From assembly GCA_024875585.1 (NCBI GenBank), contig GCA_024875585.1_4107.1: DNA of 64,000 nt. One strand, written 5' to 3'. The notes below the pieces were generated by a model. It saw only the letters and a list, made by a program, of their open reading frames with translations, was not told the DNA's origin and ran no database searches. How positions within the stretch are numbered: the first letter of the stretch is position 1; each line of letters opens with the position of its first letter. Position numbers and translations under genes: made by a program. This DNA is from a phage. Below, one piece after another: positions 52,376 through 61,978 of this stretch.

Positions 52376-52611
52376 ACCAACATTTGTACGCTACAAAGTA
52401 CAGGGATTTTTGTTTAAAGGGTGGTGATGAAGATTTTTCTTTGCGATTATCAGAATTTAATCTGTTATTTTATCTTGGTACATCGGAACAAGAAGAAATG
52501 GCACAGAAATTTCTCAATCACCTTGTACAAAAAATTAATATGCAAATTTTGATGCTTAAGTTACAGGATGAGATAAATGAATATGAACCCAACAATAGTA
52601 CAGGATCTTAA
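52345..52611 (+). CDS. family L small protein (diverged)
   Basis: motif YLGTSEQEEM. Confidence 0.55.
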   Translation: MQNKGYYKKVNQHLYATKYRDFCLKGGDEDFSLRLSEFNLLFYLGTSEQEEMAQKFLNHLVQKINMQILMLKLQDEINEYEPNNSTGS

Positions 52612-52972
52612 ACAAGTAATATTCCTTTTGAATACAAGAAGTGAATTGTATACAGAGTTTAAAGAGATTAATGCATTTTATCAGAATTTTGTAATTCAAG
52701 AGTTCAGTGATTTAATTACAGATGCATTATTTGAATTATCGGAAAAATACAAAGGAACAGAGTTCAGTGTTAAAAATGTATTACGTTCTTTATCAACGCG
52801 TATAATAAAATTAGATCATTTCAAATTTGAAAATAAAGATTTATTCAGTCACAATCCAAGTACAGCTTTATATTTTATTCCTGATTCAGACAAAAATCAT
52901 CCTATTCATTACGGATGGATTTTGTCGTACATAGTACAAGGAAAGGAGTATCCTATTAAATGGAACGATTAG
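52577..52972 (+). CDS. hypothetical protein (131 aa)
   Basis: ORF, ATG start. Confidence 0.55.
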   Translation: MNMNPTIVQDLKQVIFLLNTRSELYTEFKEINAFYQNFVIQEFSDLITDALFELSEKYKGTEFSVKNVLRSLSTRIIKLDHFKFENKDLFSHNPSTALYFIPDSDKNHPIHYGWILSYIVQGKEYPIKWND

Positions 52973-53120
52973 GGCGATTAGATTATTACACAATTAATAC
53001 AAATTATTTGTTGCGTAATATAAAATCCGATTACAAAATATGGATAAAGAACAGAGATAGCATGTGTTATGAATTTTATTTAGATTATGCTATCAAACGA
53101 TTTTTAAGAGAAGAACATTA

Positions 53121-53324
53121 GTGCAAAATAGTAATACGATAACATTAAATGCATTACAGGATTCATTATTAGATAGTATTAAGATGTATTACAATATACA
53201 TTTGAGGGGTGGCATTGATGATTATAATTATTATTTGAGTTTAATTGTAATTGAGCACCTTTCAGTACAGGACAGGATTTTACATCCTACAAATCCTAGG
53301 TATCCATCGATAGGTAAATTATGA
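53121..53324 (+). CDS. hypothetical small protein (GTG start; uncertain)
   Basis: ORF with GTG start; internal ATG at 53184 possible. Confidence 0.3.
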   Translation: MQNSNTITLNALQDSLLDSIKMYYNIHLRGGIDDYNYYLSLIVIEHLSVQDRILHPTNPRYPSIGKL

Positions 53325-53878
53325 ATGAGATAGAGTTATTAGCACACAAGATAAGTACAATAATGCTTATCCTCAATAACAACCATCCTATATCGCAGAT
53401 AGATGGAATCCTGAGTCAGAGGACAGGTGGTAGTTTATATTTGTCCCTAAACGCAAATATCGCAAGGAAATACATTGACATTGGTGATGTTGATGCTGAA
53501 ATCGAATGTGATACAACTGGAATTGTTGATGTAGGTGCATTAATCAGTTCAAATCCTGTATCAGTATCCCCGTTGACCAAAGGTGTTAGTACAGGATTCG
53601 AAGGATATTTGTGGTATAATGCTAATGATAATTATTTTATATATCAGCATTCTAATACAAATTATGATGAAGATAAATTTGAGTTCATTGACCCTTATGA
53701 TGAAGCTGGAGTATTTCAACAATCATTAATCACAAAACCACATCAAATGATGTATCTAATGTTATTCAGTACAATGAATTTGAATCCATTAATTAATGGT
53801 TTAAAGTTTTATATTCAATTGAATTTGGTTCATGTAGTTTATGATTTATTAATGCAAGGATATAGTTATGAAGTATAA
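53321..53878 (+). CDS. family B protein (185 aa)
   Basis: motif AGVFQQSLITK. Confidence 0.55.
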   Translation: MNEIELLAHKISTIMLILNNNHPISQIDGILSQRTGGSLYLSLNANIARKYIDIGDVDAEIECDTTGIVDVGALISSNPVSVSPLTKGVSTGFEGYLWYNANDNYFIYQHSNTNYDEDKFEFIDPYDEAGVFQQSLITKPHQMMYLMLFSTMNLNPLINGLKFYIQLNLVHVVYDLLMQGYSYEV

Positions 53879-54170
53879 AATGATGTATACTCCAGATATG
53901 ATTTATGTTGAATTAGAAGACGATGACGACGGCTGGAATTTGATTTATTCAATTAGTTCAGGTTGGTACATGGCACATTTAAATGATAACAAAGTTACAG
54001 ATTATTTTGTAGATTTCAACACCTTATCCGATGAAGAATTGTTTCAACAACAATTAGTGATTGATACAGGTGGTTATGATGTGTTATTATTAAAAAAGAT
54101 ACAGAAAGCTGTTATTGATTTTAAGCCCAATATGTTGCAAAGGAAATATTATGACATCGAAGTACAATAA
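53868..54170 (+). CDS. family B protein (100 aa)
   Basis: motif EELFQQQLVID. Confidence 0.6.
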   Translation: MKYKMMYTPDMIYVELEDDDDGWNLIYSISSGWYMAHLNDNKVTDYFVDFNTLSDEELFQQQLVIDTGGYDVLLLKKIQKAVIDFKPNMLQRKYYDIEVQ

Positions 54171-54504
54171 TGTATTTGATATTAAGAAATTAAAAGAATG
54201 GGTTTATAGTATTGAAATTGAAGCAATTCCTTATCATAGATACAAACAATATGATTTATGTAATATAGATATTCGTGAGTTGTACGCATATTATCAGAGT
54301 GCATTAGAGATGCATAAGATATTTTTGAGTTCAAATTACATGACACGTTGTAATGATGCTTTTAAAGAATTTAATAATTATAATTTAGTACAAAAATATG
54401 TCGTATCAAAGTACATGTACAATCAAGGAATTAAAGGTTGTATTGAATTCAATTCGGTCTTTGCTTTAGTTGAGATAATTTTATGCAGTACATGTCTGAT
54501 TTAG
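54151..54504 (+). CDS. hypothetical protein (117 aa)
   Basis: ATG after SD AAGGAAA; no family motif. Confidence 0.45.
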   Translation: MTSKYNNVFDIKKLKEWVYSIEIEAIPYHRYKQYDLCNIDIRELYAYYQSALEMHKIFLSSNYMTRCNDAFKEFNNYNLVQKYVVSKYMYNQGIKGCIEFNSVFALVEIILCSTCLI

Positions 54505-54980
54505 AGTTTAGTTTAGATGCTGCTTTTAAATTTGTACACAAGATAGAAACAATATATCGTACATTATGTGCAATACGATTAGTAACATCTGAACTTGATG
54601 TTGGTAAAAGGTATCAGGTATGGAATAACACATTTCTAGACAAAGAGCGTTGTTCAACTGGGTTTAATATTTTATCATTTAATCCAAGTAATTGTTACCC
54701 AGAGAAGCATGAGCGTTATCCGAATGATGACATGTGGTTTGAGTACAAAGAAGATGGTGATATGTCGTTCATTGAAGTTCCTGATGATTTTAATGCACAA
54801 GATTTAACAGAAGAATGGTGGTTCCAGCAGAATTTAGTCCACGATGATATTGATTTATTTTTTTATGTAGTATTTAAAATGCTTTATCACAACAAGATAG
54901 TACAAGATAGTGTATTTTTTTCATGTCTATATATTGATGATTTGTACAATGAAATTCAAATCAACATGCCTGTATCGTAA
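54483..54980 (+). CDS. family B protein (165 aa)
   Basis: motif EEWWFQQNLVHD. Confidence 0.6.
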   Translation: MQYMSDLEFSLDAAFKFVHKIETIYRTLCAIRLVTSELDVGKRYQVWNNTFLDKERCSTGFNILSFNPSNCYPEKHERYPNDDMWFEYKEDGDMSFIEVPDDFNAQDLTEEWWFQQNLVHDDIDLFFYVVFKMLYHNKIVQDSVFFSCLYIDDLYNEIQINMPVS

Positions 54981-55005
54981 GATATGGGCTTTTTTTGTTT
55001 TGGTA

Positions 55006-55034
55006 TTGACATAGAAGTACAAAACTGTTATCAT
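55006..55034 (+). promoter_or_regulatory. sigma70-like promoter TTGACA-N17-TATCAT
   Basis: precedes 55061 gene, which has strong SD AAAGGAGGA. Confidence 0.45.
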
Positions 55035-55060
55035 GGGTAATCATTTTAAAGGAGGAATTT

Positions 55061-55594
55061 ATGGCGAGTTTTATGGTTCCAAGTACATACGAAGATGCAT
55101 CAAGTGCAGTGCATAAGGTTCATCATATTTTTAATTTAATTATTAATGCATCAAAAAATAAAATGTATGCACCTCTAGTGAAATTTAATAAAAATGAGGA
55201 AATTTTTGTTAGTACAGAACAAACGATTTTTCCATATTTCAATAAAGATAGATTATGGTTCATGCATTCAGTTGCATTACAAAGATATAATATAACAAGA
55301 TCCAACGAAAATCATAATCCAGGATATTTGCATATATCGTTATACCATCCCGATATTGGAGAGGATGTATATTTTCAGTACAGCACAGTACACTGCCATG
55401 AAGATATCTTTGCTGCTATGCTTATTGCTAAACTGAACACCGTTGATTTGGAGTACCACAAATACAATAATAAATCATTTAAGATCATAATCCCTGCATT
55501 CATAGCTCTTTATGATTATGTGGTGCATAACAAAAAAGATGATACATATGCTTTCAATGAAGAGTATTTGGATTTTTTTAAGGAGAACATATGA
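55061..55594 (+). CDS. family B protein (177 aa)
   Basis: motif DVYFQYSTVHC. Confidence 0.6.
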   Translation: MASFMVPSTYEDASSAVHKVHHIFNLIINASKNKMYAPLVKFNKNEEIFVSTEQTIFPYFNKDRLWFMHSVALQRYNITRSNENHNPGYLHISLYHPDIGEDVYFQYSTVHCHEDIFAAMLIAKLNTVDLEYHKYNNKSFKIIIPAFIALYDYVVHNKKDDTYAFNEEYLDFFKENI

Positions 55595-56136
55595 GCAGTA
55601 CAACAGTACAGAAAGCAATGACATTCAATGAAATTGGTGCATTTAAAGATAAGATTATTGATAGTATTGAATATTTGATTTGTTGTAACATCAATAAGAT
55701 AGATGTATATAACAAGGTAAATGGTTCATATCACACAATGTACATGACAAACAACAATGGAACTATTCCATTTATTTCGGATAGTACAATATGGTACGCA
55801 TGTGATACAACAAAATACACAGCAGGTTCGTATGTGTTAGGGACACATAAGGAATTAATTATTCCTGAGCATTGTATACAAGAAGAAGAATATTTTCAAA
55901 TGCAGTTAGTACACGCACCATTAGAGATGGTTGCTTTATATATGATACCTTATATCTCTAAATGTGTTCATGAGAATAAAGCTCCATGGAATCATGAATT
56001 TGGTTCGTTGAAGTTATTGTATAATGTTTTAGCACAATATTATGATTACAGACACGAGGGTACAATCAGCGATGTATGGGATTTTGAATCACTAAGGGTG
56101 AAAACATACACAGGTGAATTATATGTCCAGAATTAA
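55591..56136 (+). CDS. family B protein (181 aa)
   Basis: motif EEYFQMQLVHA; SD AAGGAGAA. Confidence 0.6.
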   Translation: MSSTTVQKAMTFNEIGAFKDKIIDSIEYLICCNINKIDVYNKVNGSYHTMYMTNNNGTIPFISDSTIWYACDTTKYTAGSYVLGTHKELIIPEHCIQEEEYFQMQLVHAPLEMVALYMIPYISKCVHENKAPWNHEFGSLKLLYNVLAQYYDYRHEGTISDVWDFESLRVKTYTGELYVQN

Positions 56137-56737
56137 AATGTGTGATTTGATGCAGTACAGTAAAATTGCAATTCCAGTACTTAATAAAGTTCTTGATGCA
56201 TTCATTGCAAAATACCCTGAGAATTCAGAATTACGTATTCCGTTTCGTGTACCAGACATAGATGATACATTCTATGTAAATGTCAGTACACGTGGTATTA
56301 CATTGCAGCAGAAATACAGGGATACAGAATACTATGGAATAAAGTTGGATTCGGGGCAGGGTTCTAAATCATCCTATGATTTTTTTGTTCCTAATAATAT
56401 AGAGTCATGGGAAACAAACATTTCAAAGAAAGATGAAAATGATGTTCCTATTAGTGGTGAATTAAGCAATAAAGTTTTTTATTATTACGAAACTGATAAA
56501 TTCCCTGAAGAGTTATATTACAATTCAGAAATGAGTGAAGATGTAGATGCATTCATGTTTCAATTATCTTTAGTACAGGATATAATTAATGTTCAAGAGT
56601 TAAGAGCAGAAATCAATTTAGCTAAAGAGTTGTCGGACATGTTGCCACCGTTTAGTATGATTTTTTGTGAAGGAGGTTATTTTACAAAAGAAGTGTTTGA
56701 ACATTTCGTAGATGTTGTAAAAGGGTTGGATATATAG
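56123..56737 (+). CDS. family B protein (204 aa)
   Basis: motif DAFMFQLSLVQD; first ATG (track start 56114 is GTG). Confidence 0.55.
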   Translation: MSRIKMCDLMQYSKIAIPVLNKVLDAFIAKYPENSELRIPFRVPDIDDTFYVNVSTRGITLQQKYRDTEYYGIKLDSGQGSKSSYDFFVPNNIESWETNISKKDENDVPISGELSNKVFYYYETDKFPEELYYNSEMSEDVDAFMFQLSLVQDIINVQELRAEINLAKELSDMLPPFSMIFCEGGYFTKEVFEHFVDVVKGLDI

Positions 56738-56738
56738 T

Positions 56739-56969
56739 ATGCTTACTGATGATATTAAACAAAAATACCGTAAGTTTGATTGGTTCACCGACAGTTTCCA
56801 GCTTGAATTACTGTATTTGAATATAAGTGAGACATTATGTGCAGAAACACAAGATGAATTTGATGACAGAGTTCTTAACATAGTAATGCTTTCTTGCTTT
56901 AAACACTTTGGTTATTTTTCGAACAGGATTAAGGTACAAAATGCATCAACACAAGCATCATTCATATGA
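56739..56969 (+). CDS. hypothetical small protein (76 aa)
   Basis: weak family B-like DSFQLELLY. Confidence 0.4.
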   Translation: MLTDDIKQKYRKFDWFTDSFQLELLYLNISETLCAETQDEFDDRVLNIVMLSCFKHFGYFSNRIKVQNASTQASFI

Positions 56970-57456
56970 TTTTGCAATTAACATTATGAAGTTCATTCGA
57001 GCGTTGGAGGATGGGAAGCTTAGTCATAAGTACAGGAAAGAGGGTAACAATTGGTTCAGAAATGATTCCGAGTTCAGGAGTCATAACATCGTGTATAGCA
57101 ATCAGTACAGTGCTAATTACCTACAAGATGTAGTGATGTGTTTTGAATATGTATTGCAGTTCAGGGGTACAATCCAGAATGAATTAATGGATCACATGTA
57201 CATCCGATACCTTCCAATGCATAAAGATGAAAATGCATTATTAGGTTCAATATACCAACGAGTAAGGGAAATTGAGTGCAGGGATATATTAGATACAGAA
57301 GAATCGTATTTCCAGCAATCTCTTATTACTGCACCTGATTCATTACAGGCACATAATTTGTTTAATACATTACGTCAGAACATCAGTACAGACATATTTT
57401 TGTCATTATTGGATTATGATACATTTGTCAAAGATTTAGAGGAAATAGGTTTATGA
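56941..57456 (+). CDS. family B protein (171 aa)
   Basis: motif ESYFQQSLITA; first ATG (track start 56908 is TTG). Confidence 0.55.
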   Translation: MHQHKHHSYDFAINIMKFIRALEDGKLSHKYRKEGNNWFRNDSEFRSHNIVYSNQYSANYLQDVVMCFEYVLQFRGTIQNELMDHMYIRYLPMHKDENALLGSIYQRVREIECRDILDTEESYFQQSLITAPDSLQAHNLFNTLRQNISTDIFLSLLDYDTFVKDLEEIGL

Positions 57457-57809
57457 GTATATTTTCGGTTTATATAGTAAACGTCCACAACGATGGTAGT
57501 TTAATTGAATTTGATCTAGTTGATAACGATGATAATGCATATGGTATTAAAGTGCAGGGAGATGAAGTGCAGTTCACTACAAGAACAAATTTTGAAAATC
57601 CAGTCCAAGTTCCTAATTTCATAGAAGATGAAGCTGCACGATTCCAATACGAAACGATATACGAGAATGTACATATGCATACTGTTATGCAACAAAGTTT
57701 AGTTCAATTAGTTCCTTTGTTTAAACAAAATATATATGTACATGAATTGTCGATTAATGACGTTCGCAGTTCCGTTTTGTTCGGTTCCAGGGATACCGAT
57801 GATATGTAA
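57453..57809 (+). CDS. family B protein (118 aa)
   Basis: motif ARFQYETIYEN. Confidence 0.55.
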   Translation: MSIFSVYIVNVHNDGSLIEFDLVDNDDNAYGIKVQGDEVQFTTRTNFENPVQVPNFIEDEAARFQYETIYENVHMHTVMQQSLVQLVPLFKQNIYVHELSINDVRSSVLFGSRDTDDM

Positions 57810-57818
57810 GGAAGTGTT

Positions 57819-58367
57819 ATGAGTTTATTAGATACATTAGAAAAAGACCGAAGTGCAATTAAACGATTAAAAAAGCAAATTCAAAAGATTGTATACAACG
57901 TTGATAAGTTTGAGGTTCCTGGGAGAGTAGGTGATATTTCCCATACTGAGATCAAATCCCTTAAGTCAGATTTGTTGGTTAAAAATAAAAATGAGTTGAT
58001 TTTAGTTTTGAGTTCAGATATGATGGGGGTAAGATATGGTTTTAATTCAGTATCAGTGCATCCTAAGAGTGAAGGGATATATCTATCACAGGGTTTCAAT
58101 AGCAACGAGCAGAAGTGTTTTTACGATGCTGTACATGAACCTTTGAAGTTTACGAGAAGTGAAGCTCAAGCGTTATTAGAGCTATCAGACGAGAGTTTGT
58201 TTCAGTACAGTACAATGTACGACAATGACAAGCTTCGTTGTATGTACGCAGTGAAGCATTATGCACATGAGTTCTCTGGATTTGAATACCTTTTAGTTAG
58301 AACCAATACAATGTATCTTGATATGTTAGAAGAATACATCGATAAAGTTGTTAATGAGTATCACTAA
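57819..58367 (+). CDS. family B protein (182 aa)
   Basis: motif SLFQYSTMYDN. Confidence 0.6.
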   Translation: MSLLDTLEKDRSAIKRLKKQIQKIVYNVDKFEVPGRVGDISHTEIKSLKSDLLVKNKNELILVLSSDMMGVRYGFNSVSVHPKSEGIYLSQGFNSNEQKCFYDAVHEPLKFTRSEAQALLELSDESLFQYSTMYDNDKLRCMYAVKHYAHEFSGFEYLLVRTNTMYLDMLEEYIDKVVNEYH

Positions 58368-58528
58368 TGAAAGAGTTATTTGAAGATCAGTTCAATACCT
58401 ATGTGGATAATATTCTTTATTCCAATCGTGCCAGTCAACGAGGAAATCGTGCTTACAATATTGATTACCTATTAGTGGTACTGAGTTCACAGTACACACA
58501 CGCTGTACAGAGGATGTATTATGAATAG
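58367..58528 (+). CDS. small hypothetical protein (53 aa)
   Basis: TAATGA-coupled ORF below track cutoff. Confidence 0.35.
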   Translation: MKELFEDQFNTYVDNILYSNRASQRGNRAYNIDYLLVVLSSQYTHAVQRMYYE

Positions 58529-58724
58529 TTATCACGATATTGCAAAGGAGAAGTTGGAGTGTAGTTTAGATTACGGTTTAAATAATTTTCTTACATGCAC
58601 AATGTACAGGGATGAAGATTATGAACAATCCGTAATTTCGTTGCATAGATATTTCGAAATAATTTACGCAAGATATCTTAGAAGGTTAAACGGGATAGGG
58701 GATTGGAATTATGATTACGTTTGA
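58521..58724 (+). CDS. hypothetical small protein (67 aa)
   Basis: ORF, SD AGAGGATG. Confidence 0.45.
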   Translation: MNSYHDIAKEKLECSLDYGLNNFLTCTMYRDEDYEQSVISLHRYFEIIYARYLRRLNGIGDWNYDYV

Positions 58725-58965
58725 AGAACCAGAAACAATGAGTCCATATACGATGAAAGGTTTTGAATTCATGATGGATTCGATTTTGAAGAATTCGTGT
58801 TTAGTACACAATCCTGGATGTGCTACAGTGAGGGAATATCAGGACAATGCATTGCATCGTGTAATGAATATGTACAGGAATACGAGCCGTAAGCTTTGTG
58901 CGATTAAAAGGATTAAAGAAATCAAGGCTTCTAAGATGAATAAAATCAATCCGTGTGATTTTTGA
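58711..58965 (+). CDS. hypothetical small protein (84 aa)
   Basis: ORF overlapping upstream stop. Confidence 0.45.
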   Translation: MITFEEPETMSPYTMKGFEFMMDSILKNSCLVHNPGCATVREYQDNALHRVMNMYRNTSRKLCAIKRIKEIKASKMNKINPCDF

Positions 58966-59001
58966 AATCTTCGTATTCATATATCATAAGGTTTAATAAA
59001 A

Positions 59002-59730
59002 ATGAAATATAAAGAATTTTGTATAAAAACATGGATGTACACTGGTGAATTGCTTACGTGCTGTAATTTGTACAAGCGTGATGTAAACTTCACAAAGGAC
59101 AAAGTTATCAAGTATGAAAATTCTCAATTTTATTTGATGGATTTTAGTACTGGGTTTCATGGTAAATCAACCGAGATGCTGGATTATACATTAATGGATG
59201 AGGCGGCACTATTTCAAGAATCATTAGTATTTGATAAGAAGTACATCTGTACATTAGAAGAGATGATTGAAATTCAGAATAAAATTAAATGTGTTCACAG
59301 GGAATGTATTGATAAATGGTGTAAAACGGGTGAAACTGATTTTAGTAATCATTTTAATCTAGGAGAAAGAGTGATGGAATTTGATTTTTTAATATCAGTG
59401 CATACATTCAAGAATACACATCAGTACTTTTGTAATTTAAACAAAGGTGATTTAATGCACAGTGCGAATGAGTATATTCATTTTATGGATGGTAAATTCA
59501 CATTCATTGATTACAGTTCATTACAATATCCACATCAAGATATGCCGGACTATACAATAATGAATGAGGCTGAACTATTTCAAGCTTCATTAGTATTTGA
59601 CAAGAAGTACATCTGTACATTTGAAGAAGTAATTACTATACAAAATGAAATGAAGGAGTATGCATCTTTGAATAAACCCAATGAAGGTATTAATCAAGAA
59701 TACAAATTCAATATAGAGATTCCAAAATGA
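59002..59730 (+). CDS. family B protein with internal tandem duplication (242 aa)
   Basis: two copies of ...LFQ(E/A)SLVFDKKYICT(L/F)EE...IQN(K/E)(I/M)K module. Confidence 0.65.
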   Translation: MKYKEFCIKTWMYTGELLTCCNLYKRDVNFTKDKVIKYENSQFYLMDFSTGFHGKSTEMLDYTLMDEAALFQESLVFDKKYICTLEEMIEIQNKIKCVHRECIDKWCKTGETDFSNHFNLGERVMEFDFLISVHTFKNTHQYFCNLNKGDLMHSANEYIHFMDGKFTFIDYSSLQYPHQDMPDYTIMNEAELFQASLVFDKKYICTFEEVITIQNEMKEYASLNKPNEGINQEYKFNIEIPK

Positions 59731-60086
59731 CATATGATTACTCTATGTACTATTATAAGTTACCTAAAGGATGGGACTTGTGCTGTAATCTTATTAAGGG
59801 AGACTCGGAACATGAGTTGAATTTATATATGCACTACAAAGATTCTTGTTTTAAATTTATTCATGTATCACATGATGACTATGACTATGAATCTGAGAGT
59901 CTTATAGATTATACAGTACTGGACGATGGCGAACTATTTCAGGAAGCATTAGTGTTTGATAAGAATAAGTACTCCTGTACATTTGAAGAAATGGTTTCTT
60001 TGCAAACTGAAATGAAGAGATTTGAAAAAGAAAACGTATTTAATCCATCCCCATCAAGAACGAATAATTATTATTTCAATATATGA
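59727..60086 (+). CDS. family B protein (119 aa)
   Basis: motif GELFQEALVFD. Confidence 0.6.
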   Translation: MTYDYSMYYYKLPKGWDLCCNLIKGDSEHELNLYMHYKDSCFKFIHVSHDDYDYESESLIDYTVLDDGELFQEALVFDKNKYSCTFEEMVSLQTEMKRFEKENVFNPSPSRTNNYYFNI

Positions 60087-60095
60087 GATTATAAA

Positions 60096-60578
60096 ATGAC
60101 ATTACAGAGTTCATTGGAAAAAGCAAAGAAGATCCATGAGTACATGAATATGGCAAAAGAAGGTTCAGTTTACGGTGTTTTCAAAGACACAAGTACTCAA
60201 TATTTTGTGCCGGATAACCTCCTTTATAATGACTACTCAGATACAGAAACGTGCGTACTGGATACCGACCCTAAAGATTATGAATGTTTCATTGATATGC
60301 ATTATGAGTACATGGTCTATATTAATGATGCAGATATTACCATCTACAGTACTGACTGCAATTCCGATGATATTATAATTCCTAGTGAAGTTCTGAATGG
60401 CCCGTGGGATAGTGAAGAGTATTACTTCCAACAAAGTACTGTATACAATGAAGAAGTACTTGATGTTATTATAATTATGTGGTACTTTAAAAATATTGGT
60501 TCTGATAACTTCTATTTCGATTACAGATACGTAAAGAAAGCTATAGATAACGATATTAATAAACCACACGGGGGTTGA
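60096..60578 (+). CDS. family B protein, MSLQSAL subfamily (160 aa)
   Basis: N-terminus MTLQSSLEKAKKIHEYM; C-terminal GPWDSEEYYFQQSTVYNEEVLD...MWYFKN. Confidence 0.65.
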   Translation: MTLQSSLEKAKKIHEYMNMAKEGSVYGVFKDTSTQYFVPDNLLYNDYSDTETCVLDTDPKDYECFIDMHYEYMVYINDADITIYSTDCNSDDIIIPSEVLNGPWDSEEYYFQQSTVYNEEVLDVIIIMWYFKNIGSDNFYFDYRYVKKAIDNDINKPHGG

Positions 60579-60579
60579 A

Positions 60580-61050
60580 ATGAGTTTAGAAAGAGCATTA
60601 GAGATTGCGAAGTTAATTGATTTATGCAGCAAAGAAATTGTATCAAATTGTCTCAATGGATATCTATTCAAGGAAGGTAAATCATATTGTCGAATGAGAT
60701 ACGATGACAGTAGTGAGTATATTCACATGTATGAAGAAGACCTTGATGATTCCGAAATAACACTGAATGGGTGTGATGTTAATCTGGAAGATAATTACAT
60801 TTACTTCAGTCGTGGTGCTGATATTTTAATACAAGAAACATCAATTCAACATGTGAATCCAGATGTATATCTTCCATATTCAGTACTGGATAATGACTGG
60901 GGAAGTGAAGAGGTTTACTTTCAGCATAATACTATCTACGATGAAGATGTGCTTGACAAGCTTGTCATTCTGTGGTACTTTAAGAACACTGATACTCCCA
61001 ACTTCTATATGGATTTGGATCTACTACGAGTTATAAAAGAGGATATATGA
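60580..61050 (+). CDS. family B protein, MSLQSAL subfamily (156 aa)
   Basis: motif EEVYFQHNTIYD...LWYFKN. Confidence 0.65.
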   Translation: MSLERALEIAKLIDLCSKEIVSNCLNGYLFKEGKSYCRMRYDDSSEYIHMYEEDLDDSEITLNGCDVNLEDNYIYFSRGADILIQETSIQHVNPDVYLPYSVLDNDWGSEEVYFQHNTIYDEDVLDKLVILWYFKNTDTPNFYMDLDLLRVIKEDI

Positions 61051-61490
61051 GTTTAGCAAGTGCACTTAAACTGGCACACAAAATACATCACTTCCACGAT
61101 AACATAAAAAGTGGGTTCTATGGTGATAAAGTAAGTGCATTGGGTAATGAGTATTATCTATCAGGTATAAAGACATACTCTGATGATATTTTACTTATGG
61201 GACATGATAAAGACAATACTATACAGTACTCTTCATGTAGTCAATATACTAGTTTTATGGTATATATTCCAGGTACTAAGATTACGTTTGACACATCAAA
61301 TTCACCTGTTGACTTCGGGGTACTTGATGGCCCGTGGGGTACTGAAGAGTATTACTTCCAACAGAGTCTTATTTTCAACCAAGAAATTCTTGATTCCTTG
61401 GTTGTTTTGTGGTACTTTAAGGAATTGAATTTTGAACCATTCTTTCTTGACTGGGGAGCATGTGAGTATTTAAGTACAGGGGATTTGTAA
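61047..61490 (+). CDS. family B protein, MSLQSAL subfamily (147 aa)
   Basis: motif EEYYFQQSLIFN...LWYFKE. Confidence 0.65.
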   Translation: MSLASALKLAHKIHHFHDNIKSGFYGDKVSALGNEYYLSGIKTYSDDILLMGHDKDNTIQYSSCSQYTSFMVYIPGTKITFDTSNSPVDFGVLDGPWGTEEYYFQQSLIFNQEILDSLVVLWYFKELNFEPFFLDWGACEYLSTGDL

Positions 61491-61978
61491 TGTCGTTACA
61501 AAGTGCATTAAAAGAAGCAAAGAAAATCCATGAGTACATGATTATGGTACAAGAAGGTTCAGTCCCAGGTGTGTATAAAACATCTGATACTGAATTTTTT
61601 GTAAAAGACCGTGACGATTATGATGAGTCAGAGATATGTGCAGAAACGTTAGTACTGCACACTGATACTGGTGATAGTGATAACTGTGAATATCATATGT
61701 ACAATCAGTACATTAGTTATTGCCGTAATGAAGATATTACCATCTACAACACAGATATTGATGCTGATGACACTATCATTCCGTATTCAGTACTGGAAGG
61801 TCCGTGGGATAGTGAAGGGTATTACTTTCAGAATAGTACTATCTACAATGAAGAAGAACTGGATGTTATTGTGATTATGTGGTACTTTAAAAGTATTGAC
61901 TCCAGTAGTTTCTATTTTGATTATGAATATGTAGAGAATACAGTAGGAGAAGGTAATGTCATTACAAAGTGCTCTTGA
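61490..61978 (+). CDS. family B protein, MSLQSAL subfamily (162 aa)
   Basis: motif EGYYFQNSTIYN...MWYFKS. Confidence 0.65.
   Translation: MSLQSALKEAKKIHEYMIMVQEGSVPGVYKTSDTEFFVKDRDDYDESEICAETLVLHTDTGDSDNCEYHMYNQYISYCRNEDITIYNTDIDADDTIIPYSVLEGPWDSEGYYFQNSTIYNEEELDVIVIMWYFKSIDSSSFYFDYEYVENTVGEGNVITKCS

Noticed and set aside
45121-52611. Possibility that the highly regular tandem arrays are a CRISPR array or another non-coding repeat
   Set aside because: The units are 200-290 bp, variable in length, and conserved at the amino-acid rather than the nucleotide level, with start/stop coupling. No short identical direct repeats with unique spacers are present.
60237-60671. Minus-strand and overlapping ORFs in the track (e.g. 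525..719, 756..974, 1611..1826, 8972..9322, 10955..11140, 31128..31334, 34411..34686, 42112..42399, 43546..43812, 48696..48929, 60237..60671, 61787..62044)
   Set aside because: They lie entirely inside better-supported plus-strand genes, lack promoters or SD sequences, and do not respect the plus-strand operon punctuation. They are treated as shadow ORFs of AT-rich coding sequence.
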